NCBI GenBank assembly: GCA_965215225.1
Contig: OZ244039.1
Location: 2,000,864-2,064,863, forward strand
Source: Gammaproteobacteria bacterium
Lineage (GTDB): Bacteria; Pseudomonadota; Gammaproteobacteria; CBDBNL01; JAAOII01
DNA: 64,000 nt
Reading direction: 5' to 3'
Shown here: in pieces, positions 30,921 through 41,496 of the stretch
Numbering within the stretch: position 1 is the first letter of the stretch
Layout: every line of letters starts with the position of its first letter
Made by a program: the position numbers and the translations under genes
The notes under the pieces: generated by a model
Seen by the model: the letters and a program-made list of their open reading frames with translations, nothing else
What the model was told of the DNA's origin: nothing
Database searches by the model: none

Positions 30921-33113
30921 ATGAATAAACGCGAACTTCGCAGGTACATACTAGACAAGACCATTGAACAAATCATACGGCTTGGGGGACTCAGTATTGT
31001 TATTTTTCTTATCCTGGTCTTTATCTATCTCATTCGTCAGGTCATTCCTCTTTTTTCTCCTGCTGAAATTCAACTACTAGGGCAACAAAACATCCCCTCT
31101 GAACAGCGTCTAATTCATCTGAATATGGAGAAACAGAACGAGATCCTAACCAAATTTTACCGAGATGGAACTGTTCTCTTCTATGATATTAATCGCCGCC
31201 TAGTAGTGGATGAACAGCGGCTGACCAGCCAACCTATTCTATCCTATGGCATTGATACCCCAACTCGCCGTATCATTGCCTTGAGTGAAAGAGCTGGAGA
31301 GGTCTCGCTTGTCCAACATAACTACAAAGAGGATTTCTCCAGTGGCGTTATTCAAGTTAAACCAGAGCTATCTTTCCCTTATGGCAGAGAAGCCATCCCC
31401 CTTTCTCAAGCACCCCTCATAAAAATAGCCCTGCTAAGTGATGAAAACTCTCTTACCCTCATAGGTTTAGATAGCAATGGGATCCTAAAAGGCAAAAAAT
31501 TGTCACGCCAAGTTAACTTTCTTAGTGGGGTTATTACTAGAGAAGAGAAGGATTTACAACTGCCTCCAATTGAACAGTCGGTAGACTTTATTAAGATATT
31601 TAACAAACAAACCGCGCTAATAATAGCTAGTCGTTCTGGCAAGGCGCAGCTCATTGATCTGCGGAAGGGAAGCATAGAACAGACCCTCTCGCTCACTCAA
31701 AACAGCGAGATAACTGCCATTGGTAGTTTGACTGGTGAGCTCTCTCTCATAGTGGCAGATACCAACGGAGACTTGAATCAGTGGTTTATCCCTCAAGCTT
31801 CAGAAAGGAAGGCGCGCTTAATCCTAGCTCGTTCCTTTCACACCCCTTCACCAGCTCAGAAATTAGTCCAAGTAGAAAATAGTAAGAGTTTCATTGCTAT
31901 AACTGAGACAGGTAACCTTCACTTTTTTAATGCTCCAGCTCAACGAGAAAGTATCAATTATCCCCTTAGCCAGACAAGTAATGATATTATTGCTTTTGCC
32001 TTATCACCTCGCGCTAATGGGCTAGTGGTAATAGAAAGGAATGGCTTACACAAAATCTATGCAGTGGAAAATCCATATCCAGATATTTCACTACACCGTT
32101 TATTTGCCCCTATTCTCTATGAAGGCTATGCTAAAAAAGATTTTGTTTGGCAATCAACCGCTGCCAGCGATGATTTTGAGCCAAAATATAGTCTAATTCC
32201 CATTAGTTTCGGCACCTTAAAAGCAGCCTTCTATGCTATGTTATTTAGCGCTCCTTTGGCAGTAGCAGCTGCTATATTCACTTCTTTCTTCATGGGGCCG
32301 GGATTGCGTCGTCGCGTTAAGCCTATTATAGAAATGATGGAAGCCTTCCCAACCGTGATACTGGGTTTTATTGCTGGACTGGTAATGGCTCCCTTCTTTG
32401 AAAAGCATCTCCCTGGTATATTCACTATTATGATACTACTTCCTATCGCAATCATCCTCCTAGGGTTTCTCTTTACGTCGCTACCAAGTTCAATTCGCCG
32501 TTTTCTCACTAATGGCTGGGAAGGCATTCTACTCATTCCAGTTGTCTTATTGATAGGTTATCTACTTCTTGAGCTCAGTCCCTATCTAGAACTCGTCTTC
32601 TTTGATGGTGATATGAGAGTCTGGCTATCTGACCGTGGTATTGACTACAACCAACGAAACGCTCTTGTGGTCGGCATAGCCATGGGATTAGCCGTAATTC
32701 CTACTATATATTCCATTTCAGAAGATGCCCTCTTTGCCGTTCCTTCCAGTATGGTGCAAGGAGCCTATGCCTTAGGGGCTACTCCTTTGCAAAATGTCAT
32801 AGGAGTCGTCTTGCCGGCCTCAATGAGTGGTATTCTCTCAGCCTTAATGATAGGTTTGGGGCGCGCCGTAGGAGAAACCATGATTGTGCTCATGGCAACC
32901 GGCAATACACCTGTAATGGATCCCAGTTTGTTCACCGGCCTTCGCACCCTAGCAGCCAACATCGCGGTAGAGATACCAGAATCGCCGGTGGGCAGTTCTC
33001 ATTTCCGTGTCCTATTCTTATGCGGATTAGTCTTATTTGGCTTCACCTTCATAGTCAATTCTATTGCCGAAATTATCCGACATCGCATCAGAAAAAGATA
33101 CGCTCATGTCTAA
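30921..33113 (+). CDS. pstC: Phosphate ABC transporter permease PstC (long form with large extra-membrane N-terminal domain)
   Basis: C-terminal BPD-transporter core with the LGRAVGETMIVLMATGN motif. About 400 aa between TM1 and the permease core. The ORF track starts at TTG 30915; an ATG is at 30921. Confidence 0.85.
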   Translation: MNKRELRRYILDKTIEQIIRLGGLSIVIFLILVFIYLIRQVIPLFSPAEIQLLGQQNIPSEQRLIHLNMEKQNEILTKFYRDGTVLFYDINRRLVVDEQRLTSQPILSYGIDTPTRRIIALSERAGEVSLVQHNYKEDFSSGVIQVKPELSFPYGREAIPLSQAPLIKIALLSDENSLTLIGLDSNGILKGKKLSRQVNFLSGVITREEKDLQLPPIEQSVDFIKIFNKQTALIIASRSGKAQLIDLRKGSIEQTLSLTQNSEITAIGSLTGELSLIVADTNGDLNQWFIPQASERKARLILARSFHTPSPAQKLVQVENSKSFIAITETGNLHFFNAPAQRESINYPLSQTSNDIIAFALSPRANGLVVIERNGLHKIYAVENPYPDISLHRLFAPILYEGYAKKDFVWQSTAASDDFEPKYSLIPISFGTLKAAFYAMLFSAPLAVAAAIFTSFFMGPGLRRRVKPIIEMMEAFPTVILGFIAGLVMAPFFEKHLPGIFTIMILLPIAIILLGFLFTSLPSSIRRFLTNGWEGILLIPVVLLIGYLLLELSPYLELVFFDGDMRVWLSDRGIDYNQRNALVVGIAMGLAVIPTIYSISEDALFAVPSSMVQGAYALGATPLQNVIGVVLPASMSGILSALMIGLGRAVGETMIVLMATGNTPVMDPSLFTGLRTLAANIAVEIPESPVGSSHFRVLFLCGLVLFGFTFIVNSIAEIIRHRIRKRYAHV

Positions 33114-34797
33114 TAAGTCTAAGGATAAAACAATGACCAATCCATCTATACGCGCAAGGATAAATTCCTATTTCACTGAGGGGAATTATGTCATATGGCT
33201 TCTAGCCGGCGCCCTAGGTTGCTGTCTTCTTTTGGTTGGTTCTTTTATGTTACTCATAATTATTAAAGGAATCACCTCTTTTATCCCCCAAAGTCTTTAC
33301 TACCTAGAAACCACAACTAGGGGATCCTTGATAGGTGAAATCACCTCGCGCGAACAAATTACCTATGCAACCTTAACAAGTAGTGGAATTGAACCAGAAG
33401 AAAAGAAGGATCTTTATTCTCGTATCCTAGTCAAAGTTGGTAATCGTGAATTCGGTAGTGATTTTGTCTGGCTATTAGAAGACAATATCCTATCTCAAGA
33501 TCAACCAGCTAATCTTATGCTGATAGAAAGACGCGAATATGGCAATTTTTATGGTATCCCTCTTTTCATTGAATCCAATAATAATCAGATTTTCTATGGC
33601 GATGACAACTGGAAGAATGAACTCAAAACAAGGCTTAACCGCGCCTTGCAATTATTTTCAAACGGACATAGGCTAGAAAAGAATGCTATAGGACAGATCA
33701 ATTATCAAACAAATAGGCTAAGACTACAAGAGAGAAAACTGCAATTAGACAAACAGGCTATACCCTCTGAGCTTGCTAAGATAGCAGAACAACGAGAACA
33801 ACTGGCACAAGAATATAGTCGCCTCACTTCTGAACTGCAAGAAATCAATACCGCCTTAAACCGAGATAGCCTGATAATGAGAACTGCAAGCAACCAAGAA
33901 GTTGTCATCCCCTTTGCTAAGATAGTTCGTCTCTACCAAACCAACCAATTAAATTTCTGGCAACGAAGTGGAATCTATCTTGGTCGCCTATGGGAATTCA
34001 TCTCAGCCGAACCACGCGAGAGCAATACTGAAGGAGGCGTGTTACCAGCTATGTTTGGCACAGTGATGATGGTGCTGCTCATGACCCTATTTGTCCTCCC
34101 CTTAGGAGTTCTCGCTGCCATATATCTTGCTCTCTATGCCCGTCAAAATATATGGACTCGCTGCATTCGTATTGCAGTTAACAACCTAGCTGGGGTCCCT
34201 TCCATAGTCTATGGTATGTTTGGCTTAGGTTTCTTTGTTTATACTGTTGGCGGTAGTATTGACAGACTCTTCTATCCTGAAGCCTTACCTTCCCCTACTT
34301 TCGGTAGTGGCGGAATATTATGGGCTTCTCTCACTCTTGCCTTACTTACCCTACCAGTAGTTATCATAGCCACTGAAGAAGGCTTGACTCGTATTCCAGC
34401 TAATCTCTCCGAAGGAAGCATGGCCCTAGGAGCAACAAAATTTGAGACTCTAATAAAAATATCTATTCCTATTGCAACCCCAGCAATTATGACTGGCATA
34501 ATACTTGCTATAGCAAGAGCTACTGGTGAAGTGGCCCCCCTTATGATAGTTGGGGTAGTTAAATTAGCCCCCTCTTTACCCATTGATATGAATGTTCCTT
34601 TCATCCACCTTGAACGCAAATTCATGCATTTGGGCTTTCATATTTACGACATGGGCTTCCAAAGTCCTAATGTAGAAGCTACCCGTCCTTTGGCTTACTC
34701 TACCGCCGCCTTGCTGCTACTTATTATAGTTACCCTAAATGCAACCGCTGTTTATCTTCGTAACCGATTACGTGAAAAATATCGCAATCTTTCTTAA
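33106..34797 (+). CDS. pstA: Phosphate ABC transporter permease PstA (long form)
   Basis: Permease core with the IARATGEVAPLMIVG motif. ATG at 33106 overlaps the pstC stop (ATGTCTAA). The ORF track TTG at 33064 is less likely. Confidence 0.85.
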   Translation: MSNKSKDKTMTNPSIRARINSYFTEGNYVIWLLAGALGCCLLLVGSFMLLIIIKGITSFIPQSLYYLETTTRGSLIGEITSREQITYATLTSSGIEPEEKKDLYSRILVKVGNREFGSDFVWLLEDNILSQDQPANLMLIERREYGNFYGIPLFIESNNNQIFYGDDNWKNELKTRLNRALQLFSNGHRLEKNAIGQINYQTNRLRLQERKLQLDKQAIPSELAKIAEQREQLAQEYSRLTSELQEINTALNRDSLIMRTASNQEVVIPFAKIVRLYQTNQLNFWQRSGIYLGRLWEFISAEPRESNTEGGVLPAMFGTVMMVLLMTLFVLPLGVLAAIYLALYARQNIWTRCIRIAVNNLAGVPSIVYGMFGLGFFVYTVGGSIDRLFYPEALPSPTFGSGGILWASLTLALLTLPVVIIATEEGLTRIPANLSEGSMALGATKFETLIKISIPIATPAIMTGIILAIARATGEVAPLMIVGVVKLAPSLPIDMNVPFIHLERKFMHLGFHIYDMGFQSPNVEATRPLAYSTAALLLLIIVTLNATAVYLRNRLREKYRNLS

Positions 34798-34800
34798 CTA

Positions 34801-35616
34801 ATGAAAATCAAAAAACCAGCTAAGAGTCTGCTATCTAAGGAACCCCTATCAATGAAAAACGAGAAGATCTCTATTCGTATTGAAGGTGTCTATATCTACT
34901 ATGATGATGTCGCAGCGCTCAGTAATATTAGCTTAAAAATTCCCGCATACAAGGCAACCGCTTTTATTGGCCCCTCTGGCTGCGGCAAGTCTACTCTATT
35001 AAGGTGCTTCAATCGTATGAATGATATGGTAGATAGCTGCAAAATTGAAGGCAAAGTCTTTCTTGAAGACCAAGACATCTATAGCCATGAGGTAAATACT
35101 TCACAACTAAGGCGCAAGGTGGGCATGGTATTTCAAAAGCCTAATCCTTTTCCCAAATCTATATACGAAAATGTTGCCTATGGATTAAGAATCAAAGGTA
35201 TAAAAAACAAAAAGACTCTTGACAACATAATAGAAAAAGCGCTCAAAGACGCAGCTCTCTGGGATGAGGTGAAAGATCGCTTAGATGCAAATGCCTTAGG
35301 TCTGTCTGGCGGGCAGCAACAACGCCTTGTCATAGCTCGCACTATTGCAGTAGAACCTCATGTTATTCTTCTTGACGAGCCTGCCTCAGCCCTTGATCCT
35401 ATTTCTACCCTAAAAATAGAAGAGCTAGTCCATAAATTGAAAGAGAAGTATACTATTGTTATAGTGACTCATAATATGCAACAAGCAGCTAGAGTATCTG
35501 ATTATTCAGCATTTTTCTATCTTGGCAAACTAATAGAATTTAATAGCACCCAAAAAATATTTACCAACCCTAATGAAACCATGACCGAAGACTATATAAC
35601 TGGGCGTTATGGTTAA
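34801..35616 (+). CDS. pstB: Phosphate ABC transporter ATP-binding protein PstB
   Basis: Walker [10 protein letters not shown], signature LSGGQQQRL, Walker [12 protein letters not shown], PstB-type [15 protein letters not shown]. Confidence 0.96.
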   Translation: MKIKKPAKSLLSKEPLSMKNEKISIRIEGVYIYYDDVAALSNISLKIPAYKATAFIGPSGCGKSTLLRCFNRMNDMVDSCKIEGKVFLEDQDIYSHEVNTSQLRRKVGMVFQKPNPFPKSIYENVAYGLRIKGIKNKKTLDNIIEKALKDAALWDEVKDRLDANALGLSGGQQQRLVIARTIAVEPHVILLDEPASALDPISTLKIEELVHKLKEKYTIVIVTHNMQQAARVSDYSAFFYLGKLIEFNSTQKIFTNPNETMTEDYITGRYG

Positions 35617-35621
35617 GAACT

Positions 35622-36347
35622 ATGAAACAAAATATACATATATCAGAAAATTTTGAAAAAGAGCTTAGTCAGCTCAAACAGCGTCTTCTTGAAATGGGAG
35701 AGATACTTGCTCACAATCTTGATAACACCATAAGCGCGCTAACTGAAAATAAGATTCGTACCGAATCAGTAGAAACCATTGAAAAAAAGATCAATGATCT
35801 AGAAATCTTCCTTGATAAAGAATGTGTTCGAATACTCGCCATCCACACACCAGCCGCATCCGATTTGCGTTTTATAATCAGCGCGAGCCGTATAGTGAAC
35901 GATATAGAGAGTATCGGTGATGAAGTGACTCGGATGTCTTATGCTATGAATAGTCTATTAGCTGGCTTAGACAAGAATGAAAACGTGGCTTTTCTTGCCG
36001 ATATCTTACAGATCAGTAAGACTCTCTCTACACTACTAAAAGATACCTTAAAAGCCTATCAGGATGATGACTACAGCCAAGCAGCCCATTTGATAGTTGC
36101 AGAGAGAGAAATGGATCCACAATATGATAATGCCGTTCGATCACGGATAACACTGATAGTGGAAGAACCGCGCAATCTTAAAAACGCGGTGCATTGTTTT
36201 TGGATACTACGTTCTTTAGAAAGAATTGGTAAATGCATTCGACAGATAAACAACCATATCATCTACCGAGCTCATGGAACCGATGTCCGCCATATGAGTA
36301 GTGATTGGGTCAAGGAAGTATTTATGAAAAATAAACCAAAATCATAA
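35622..36347 (+). CDS. phoU: Phosphate signalling complex protein PhoU
   Basis: Two PhoU repeats (ASDLRFIISASRIVNDIESIGDE and ILRSLERIGKCIRQI). Lies directly after pstB. Confidence 0.9.
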   Translation: MKQNIHISENFEKELSQLKQRLLEMGEILAHNLDNTISALTENKIRTESVETIEKKINDLEIFLDKECVRILAIHTPAASDLRFIISASRIVNDIESIGDEVTRMSYAMNSLLAGLDKNENVAFLADILQISKTLSTLLKDTLKAYQDDDYSQAAHLIVAEREMDPQYDNAVRSRITLIVEEPRNLKNAVHCFWILRSLERIGKCIRQINNHIIYRAHGTDVRHMSSDWVKEVFMKNKPKS

Positions 36348-38768
36348 ATGGCTAAATTCATCTACTGAGATTACTTTCTTAATAGCTTGATCAGCTCTTA
36401 GCCAAACTGACTTCTCATTTCTGGTAAGCTGTTTCTCCTCAACAAGATCATCAAGGAAAGCCGTCAAGGTTTGATATGGTTGTTTCCTATAACCTTCTTT
36501 CTTGATTTTCTTTCTTAGTTGACGAGCCTGGTAGTTAAGTGAGAAGGCAGTGCTTAACTGAAAAAGGGGACCATCCTTTCCTATATAAAGATCCGGCTTT
36601 AACTTTGCTGCCATGCCTTCTGGGAACTCTAATTTCTTTGCCAAATTCAGCAACTCCTTATCCTTAGGCCGTTTATAATTACACCCGAAAGGAAAGAAAG
36701 AAACCCACTTCCACAAAACCCGCAAAGGGGATGGGACAGGAAAGTTATCTAATATTCCCACTAATGCCTCTTGCGCTTCTGATTCTAAGAGCTTTAATGT
36801 TATATCTGCTAATTGAAAGTCTATCTCAGGTTCTTCATCCTGAATAAACCTCCTCAAGGTTGCCATGGCAGCAAAAAGACTTACCCAAGCATCGGCAAAT
36901 CTTGCCGATAGAGCCTCTCTTCGTTTAAGCTCACCACCTAGAAATACCAACGCCGAATCAGCAAGATAGGCAAACTGGGCGCTTAGTATAGCTAAGCGGC
37001 GGTAATGATGGCTCCACAATCCGGAAGGATAGTCCAACAATATTCCTCCAGACCAACTTCCAATTATAGCAGTTGTTTTTATCTTTATAATGCGAATATA
37101 GTGTTGCCAAAGCAACCGAGAAAACTTCTCTTTATCTTTTTGCATAAGTGCCTCTGTTTCAGCGCGTAAGAAAGGATGGCAACGCATAATGCCTTGACCA
37201 AAAACAATCATATTGCGCGTCAGGATATTAGCGCCTTCAACCGTAATACCTATGGGAACGCTACGATACAACTCTTCCAAATAATTGCTCTCTCCCTTCA
37301 TAATCGCCTTGCCCCCATGAACATCCATCGCGCGAGAAACCGAGTCGCGTAGTCTTTCAGTGGTAAGCAACTTAGCCATAGCCGATGCAAGCGCCGGCTT
37401 ACAACCAGCATCCACCATATCGGCAGCTGCCAGACGAACTGATCTAACCATATAGCTATTGATGGCAAGATGAGCAATGTTTTTTGCCACTCCTTCAAAC
37501 TGGGCAATCGGTAATCCAAACTGTTCGCGCACCTGAGTATAGGCTGTAGCAGTCCAAGCACTAAGCTGACAACCAGCATCTGCCAACGAAGGGAGGGAAA
37601 TTCCCCTTCCTACCGCCAAACATTCCATTAGCATCCGCCAGCCTTGACCAATCATCTTTCTCCCGCCTATGACATAGTCTAGAGGAATAAAGACATCCTC
37701 TCCTTCGATAGGACCATTATGAAACATCAAATCAAGAGGATTATGCCTTTTGCCTATGATTACTCCTTTAGTATCTCGTGGAATTAAAGCACAGCTAATG
37801 CCTAGCTCCCCCTTCTTCCTGGCCTTTCCGGTGGAGAGCAATCCGTCTGGGTCATAAGCCTTAAACGCTATACCTATAAGTGTGGCAATAGGCGCCAAAC
37901 TTATATAGCGCTTACGCCAGTGCATACGAATACCTAGGGTCTTCTTGCCTTCAATAGTTCGCTGACAGACTATGCCATAGTCTTCTAATCCTGAAGCATC
38001 AGATCCCACCACCTCGGAGGTAAGAGCAAAACAAGGAATTTCCTTACCAGAAGCAAGGCGTGGCAAATAGTATTTTTTCTGTTTTGCTGTTCCATAACGC
38101 AATAAAAGCTCGCCAGGTCCCAGTGAGTTGGGAACCATGACCATCACCGCCAAGATAGGAGAACGACTGGCTAGTTTGGTAATCACAGCCGCATGAGCAT
38201 TGGCTGAAAAGCCCAAACCACCATGAGAGCGAGGAATGATCATTCCCCAAAACTTCTTATTCTTAATGAAATTCATCACCTGAGGTGGTAGTTCCTTGTG
38301 TTTAGCTATGTCGGTTGGTCTACATAAACGACAGAGCTCTTCGGTTTCATTTGCAAGGAATTTTTGTTCTGCTGTGGTCAACTTAAAGCGCGGTGCTTCC
38401 TCCAGCATAGGACCCGAACAATTGCCTAAGAATAGCTGTTTTTCCCATGATAGGTCTCCCGCATCAATGGCTATTCTTTCAGTATCACTAATAGAAGGCA
38501 TAGCTTTTTGCATGAACCCATAAACCCTTCCTACCACGAAATGACGAACCGATGGCAATCGATGAGGAATAAAAATGGCAAGAAAACCAAGTCCTATAAT
38601 AATGGCAGGCAAATAAGGGAAAAATGGGACGAATATTGCTGCCAACAAATTAGCCACGAACAATATGCCAGCGCTAATCTCCATCCCACTGGCGGTTTGG
38701 GCTAATTTAGCTAAGCACCAAACATAAACCAGTAAAGCAAAAATAGTTATAACAATGGCTATAATCAT
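36342..38768 (-). CDS. fadE: Acyl-CoA dehydrogenase FadE (long, membrane-anchored type)
   Basis: 808 aa. N-terminal TM helices and an ACAD core (FALTSEVVGSDA, TVEGANILTRNMIVFGQG), collinear with enterobacterial FadE. Confidence 0.9.
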   Translation of the reverse strand: MIIAIVITIFALLVYVWCLAKLAQTASGMEISAGILFVANLLAAIFVPFFPYLPAIIIGLGFLAIFIPHRLPSVRHFVVGRVYGFMQKAMPSISDTERIAIDAGDLSWEKQLFLGNCSGPMLEEAPRFKLTTAEQKFLANETEELCRLCRPTDIAKHKELPPQVMNFIKNKKFWGMIIPRSHGGLGFSANAHAAVITKLASRSPILAVMVMVPNSLGPGELLLRYGTAKQKKYYLPRLASGKEIPCFALTSEVVGSDASGLEDYGIVCQRTIEGKKTLGIRMHWRKRYISLAPIATLIGIAFKAYDPDGLLSTGKARKKGELGISCALIPRDTKGVIIGKRHNPLDLMFHNGPIEGEDVFIPLDYVIGGRKMIGQGWRMLMECLAVGRGISLPSLADAGCQLSAWTATAYTQVREQFGLPIAQFEGVAKNIAHLAINSYMVRSVRLAAADMVDAGCKPALASAMAKLLTTERLRDSVSRAMDVHGGKAIMKGESNYLEELYRSVPIGITVEGANILTRNMIVFGQGIMRCHPFLRAETEALMQKDKEKFSRLLWQHYIRIIKIKTTAIIGSWSGGILLDYPSGLWSHHYRRLAILSAQFAYLADSALVFLGGELKRREALSARFADAWVSLFAAMATLRRFIQDEEPEIDFQLADITLKLLESEAQEALVGILDNFPVPSPLRVLWKWVSFFPFGCNYKRPKDKELLNLAKKLEFPEGMAAKLKPDLYIGKDGPLFQLSTAFSLNYQARQLRKKIKKEGYRKQPYQTLTAFLDDLVEEKQLTRNEKSVWLRADQAIKKVISVDEFSHL

Positions 38769-38888
38769 AAAGTCATTATAAGCATTCTTATACTAGGCAA
38801 TAAGTGAAAATAACAGCTAGAACAGAACTATAGACATTTCAAACAGACACCATAGAATTTACTTTTTTTGGTGTTACGGTTATCTCAG

Positions 38889-39974
38889 CTATCTAAATAG
38901 AAAAGCCCTTCTTTTCTTACGTCTTACTTGAACTAAAAAATTAACAAGTGATCGTAAATATCTAGACACACCTAATCTTCTAACTATAGTAAGTAGAAGG
39001 TTCTTAATTTCTAAATCTAAATTTCTTGCCACTAAACCAATCAACCTAATCTTAGCTAGTAAATAGTCCTCCTTTTTGTTACGTCTTGCTAAAGCCTCTT
39101 CAACAATCAAAATACACCTCTCTCGAATTTTTCTTTCCATCAGATAAAGATGAGAGCTAGGAAGAATAGGCCGAGCTTGTCGATAAGATTCATATAGATC
39201 AGGATCCGTATCTATTTCTCTAACTTTATCTACCACATCAGCAAAAGAATCATAATCATGGCAATTTATAAAAGCCGCTGGATTAAAAAAGTTTGCTATC
39301 TTAGGATTCCCCCAGTAAATTGGAACAGTTCCCGCTAGGAAAGCATGGAAAATCTTTTCAGTTAGGTAATAATCTGATGAAGTATTTTCAAAACATATGG
39401 TGAATTTACATTCTGCTATAAAGTTTAGTTTGTCATTTTGGCCAATAGATTTTATACGCGGCATATTATTTAAACTGTATCCAGGACAATCTACTTTTTT
39501 ATATTTAGACAAGAGTTTACAAAAATCCCTTCTTACCCAGGTATCCTTCTTTTCATTTCTATAAATAAAATTGCAAAATCGGGTTTTCCTGACCCTTCCC
39601 CACTTCCTCATATCTTCATCCTCCTTATTCATTAACATACCGCGTACTTTGAAGTTTGCCAAATGAAATATCCAAAAACAGTTCTTCTTACTGTCGCGAC
39701 TGTAACCAAACGAATAATCTACGCCTGAAAGGACGTTGTGTTTTTCGCCTGAAGACAAACATAGGATCGGTCGCCAGCCAAACAAAAAACGTATTCGTAA
39801 TATCTTGCGATAATTCCGCCATAGGCTCCCGGGACCCGTTATATAATTCATCCATAAAATATCAGGAGAATGATCGCCTCGCTGAAATCTATAGGGCTCC
39901 CCTTTTAGAGCATCATCTAAGAAATAGCTGCTCTTCTTATCACCACACACATAAATTTCCTTTCTATTAGACAT
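38889..39974 (-). CDS. Alpha-1,3/4-fucosyltransferase-like glycosyltransferase (GT10), divergent copy 3
   Basis: FCNFIYRN ... KFTICFENTSSDYYLTEKIFHAFLAGTVPIYWG ... NPAAFINCHDYDSF. Strongly basic C-terminal tail. Confidence 0.85.
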   Translation of the reverse strand: MSNRKEIYVCGDKKSSYFLDDALKGEPYRFQRGDHSPDILWMNYITGPGSLWRNYRKILRIRFLFGWRPILCLSSGEKHNVLSGVDYSFGYSRDSKKNCFWIFHLANFKVRGMLMNKEDEDMRKWGRVRKTRFCNFIYRNEKKDTWVRRDFCKLLSKYKKVDCPGYSLNNMPRIKSIGQNDKLNFIAECKFTICFENTSSDYYLTEKIFHAFLAGTVPIYWGNPKIANFFNPAAFINCHDYDSFADVVDKVREIDTDPDLYESYRQARPILPSSHLYLMERKIRERCILIVEEALARRNKKEDYLLAKIRLIGLVARNLDLEIKNLLLTIVRRLGVSRYLRSLVNFLVQVRRKKRRAFLFR

Positions 39975-40037
39975 AAACAGAATTATAAGTGGTAATAAAG
40001 CATCACTCCTCTTAGCAGTTCACCAGCAATAAAAATC

Positions 40038-41408
40038 TCAATCTATCGCCAAATCATTATGAAGGATTTCCAAGCGCGCCAGGAGGACTTCATCTGTATT
40101 CACCTCTTGTTTTGCAAGTTGGTAATTAATCTCAGCACTCCTAGTTTCCCCAGTGAGTAGCTGATATGCCATACGGGTGCGGAAGGTATTATACTCGTCG
40201 TCTGATTTTTCATAATAGCCTTGTAGTAACTGCCATGGATGTTCATCATGAGGACGATTCTTCGTAACCACTTCCATGCTTCTGATAGCCTTTTCATAGC
40301 TCCCTTCGGCCGCATAGGCTAAGGCTAGGTAATAACTCCAGACTATATCATCATCCCTTTTATAGCGTTTCTCTTTAAGAAGCAAGTCTATTGCCAGCTT
40401 GGTTTGTTTCGCGTGAATTAAGGCTTCCACATATGAAAGGAACAAAAAATCTGACAGCGGATAAGTATCAGAGACCTTCTTAAGTAAGATGGCTGCTTCT
40501 TTATCCTTGCCATTGTTTATTAGTTTCATTGCCTGAGCATACTGAGCAAGAGTGCCTCCCATAGCCAAGTAATTATGAAGGATGGGTAAGCCTAATTGAG
40601 CAGCAATATAAATTCTAGTATAAGGATAATCACTATAATGAGAAGCTGAAATCCGTTCCTCACCTAAGGCTCGTAATTGAGCAGCATTTATTCTATCAGC
40701 TAAAAAAGGATGGGTTCTCATATATTCAGCACCAGATTCCTCCCCTCCTGCTTGTAATAAGCGGCGATAAAGATTAGCCGCATCGGAGGGAGAAAACTGT
40801 CCTCGCCTCATAAACAATATCGCCTGACTATCCGCCTCAGTTTCAAAACGACGAGAGGTCCTTAGCTGAGACTCAATTTGAAAGTTGGCAGTCCCATAAA
40901 TGGCAAGTATGCCAGCTGGTATATTGCCGCTCATCACAAGTCCCAGCCCGGCAAGAGCGCCAGCAAGAGAAACATCATTCCTTTGTTGTGCATCTTCTAG
41001 CATACGGATAAAATGGCGTTGACTAAGATGAGCCAACTCATGAGCCAAAACGGAAGCAAATTCGCTTTCGGTTTCAGCCAAGCGCCATAAGCCTAAGTTA
41101 ACTCCAACTATTCCCCCCGGAGCAGCAAAAGCATTAAATTCTTGTGAAGATAGTATGCGAATGTTCATCTCATAATGCGCCAGCTCTTCCCCCTGCCGTA
41201 GACGCGCCACAAGATCTTCCAAATAGTGTTGAAGCAAAAAGTTATTATAGGGCTCTAGCAAAGAATAGTTCTGTCGCCACCATTTAGTTCCTATACGTTC
41301 TTCCTCTGCCACTGAGATAGAAGACCCTATGGTTAGATCAGCAATCTCATCCGCATAGCAAAAGGGTGCCAATGCAATCAAAAATGACAATAGCCAGTAT
41401 CTCATCAT
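40038..41408 (-). CDS. bepA: M48 family periplasmic metalloprotease with TPR domain (BepA/YfgC-like)
   Basis: Signal peptide, zinc motif HELAHLSQRH, C-terminal TPR-like helices. Confidence 0.8.
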   Translation of the reverse strand: MMRYWLLSFLIALAPFCYADEIADLTIGSSISVAEEERIGTKWWRQNYSLLEPYNNFLLQHYLEDLVARLRQGEELAHYEMNIRILSSQEFNAFAAPGGIVGVNLGLWRLAETESEFASVLAHELAHLSQRHFIRMLEDAQQRNDVSLAGALAGLGLVMSGNIPAGILAIYGTANFQIESQLRTSRRFETEADSQAILFMRRGQFSPSDAANLYRRLLQAGGEESGAEYMRTHPFLADRINAAQLRALGEERISASHYSDYPYTRIYIAAQLGLPILHNYLAMGGTLAQYAQAMKLINNGKDKEAAILLKKVSDTYPLSDFLFLSYVEALIHAKQTKLAIDLLLKEKRYKRDDDIVWSYYLALAYAAEGSYEKAIRSMEVVTKNRPHDEHPWQLLQGYYEKSDDEYNTFRTRMAYQLLTGETRSAEINYQLAKQEVNTDEVLLARLEILHNDLAID

Positions 41409-41414
41409 AAACTA

Positions 41415-41488
<74 letters not shown>

Positions 41489-41496
41489 ATCTAAAA

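Noticed and set aside
30915-33105. TTG starts given by the ORF track for pstC (30915) and pstA (33064)
   Set aside because: Nearby ATGs are more plausible. The ATG at 30921 suits pstC. The ATG at 33106 overlaps the pstC stop in an ATGTCTAA coupling arrangement.
38836-38868. Hairpin ACACCA...TGGTGT downstream of GT10 copy 3 as a terminator
   Set aside because: The stem is only 6 bp, the loop is about 15 nt, and no T-run follows on the - strand. It is too weak to call.
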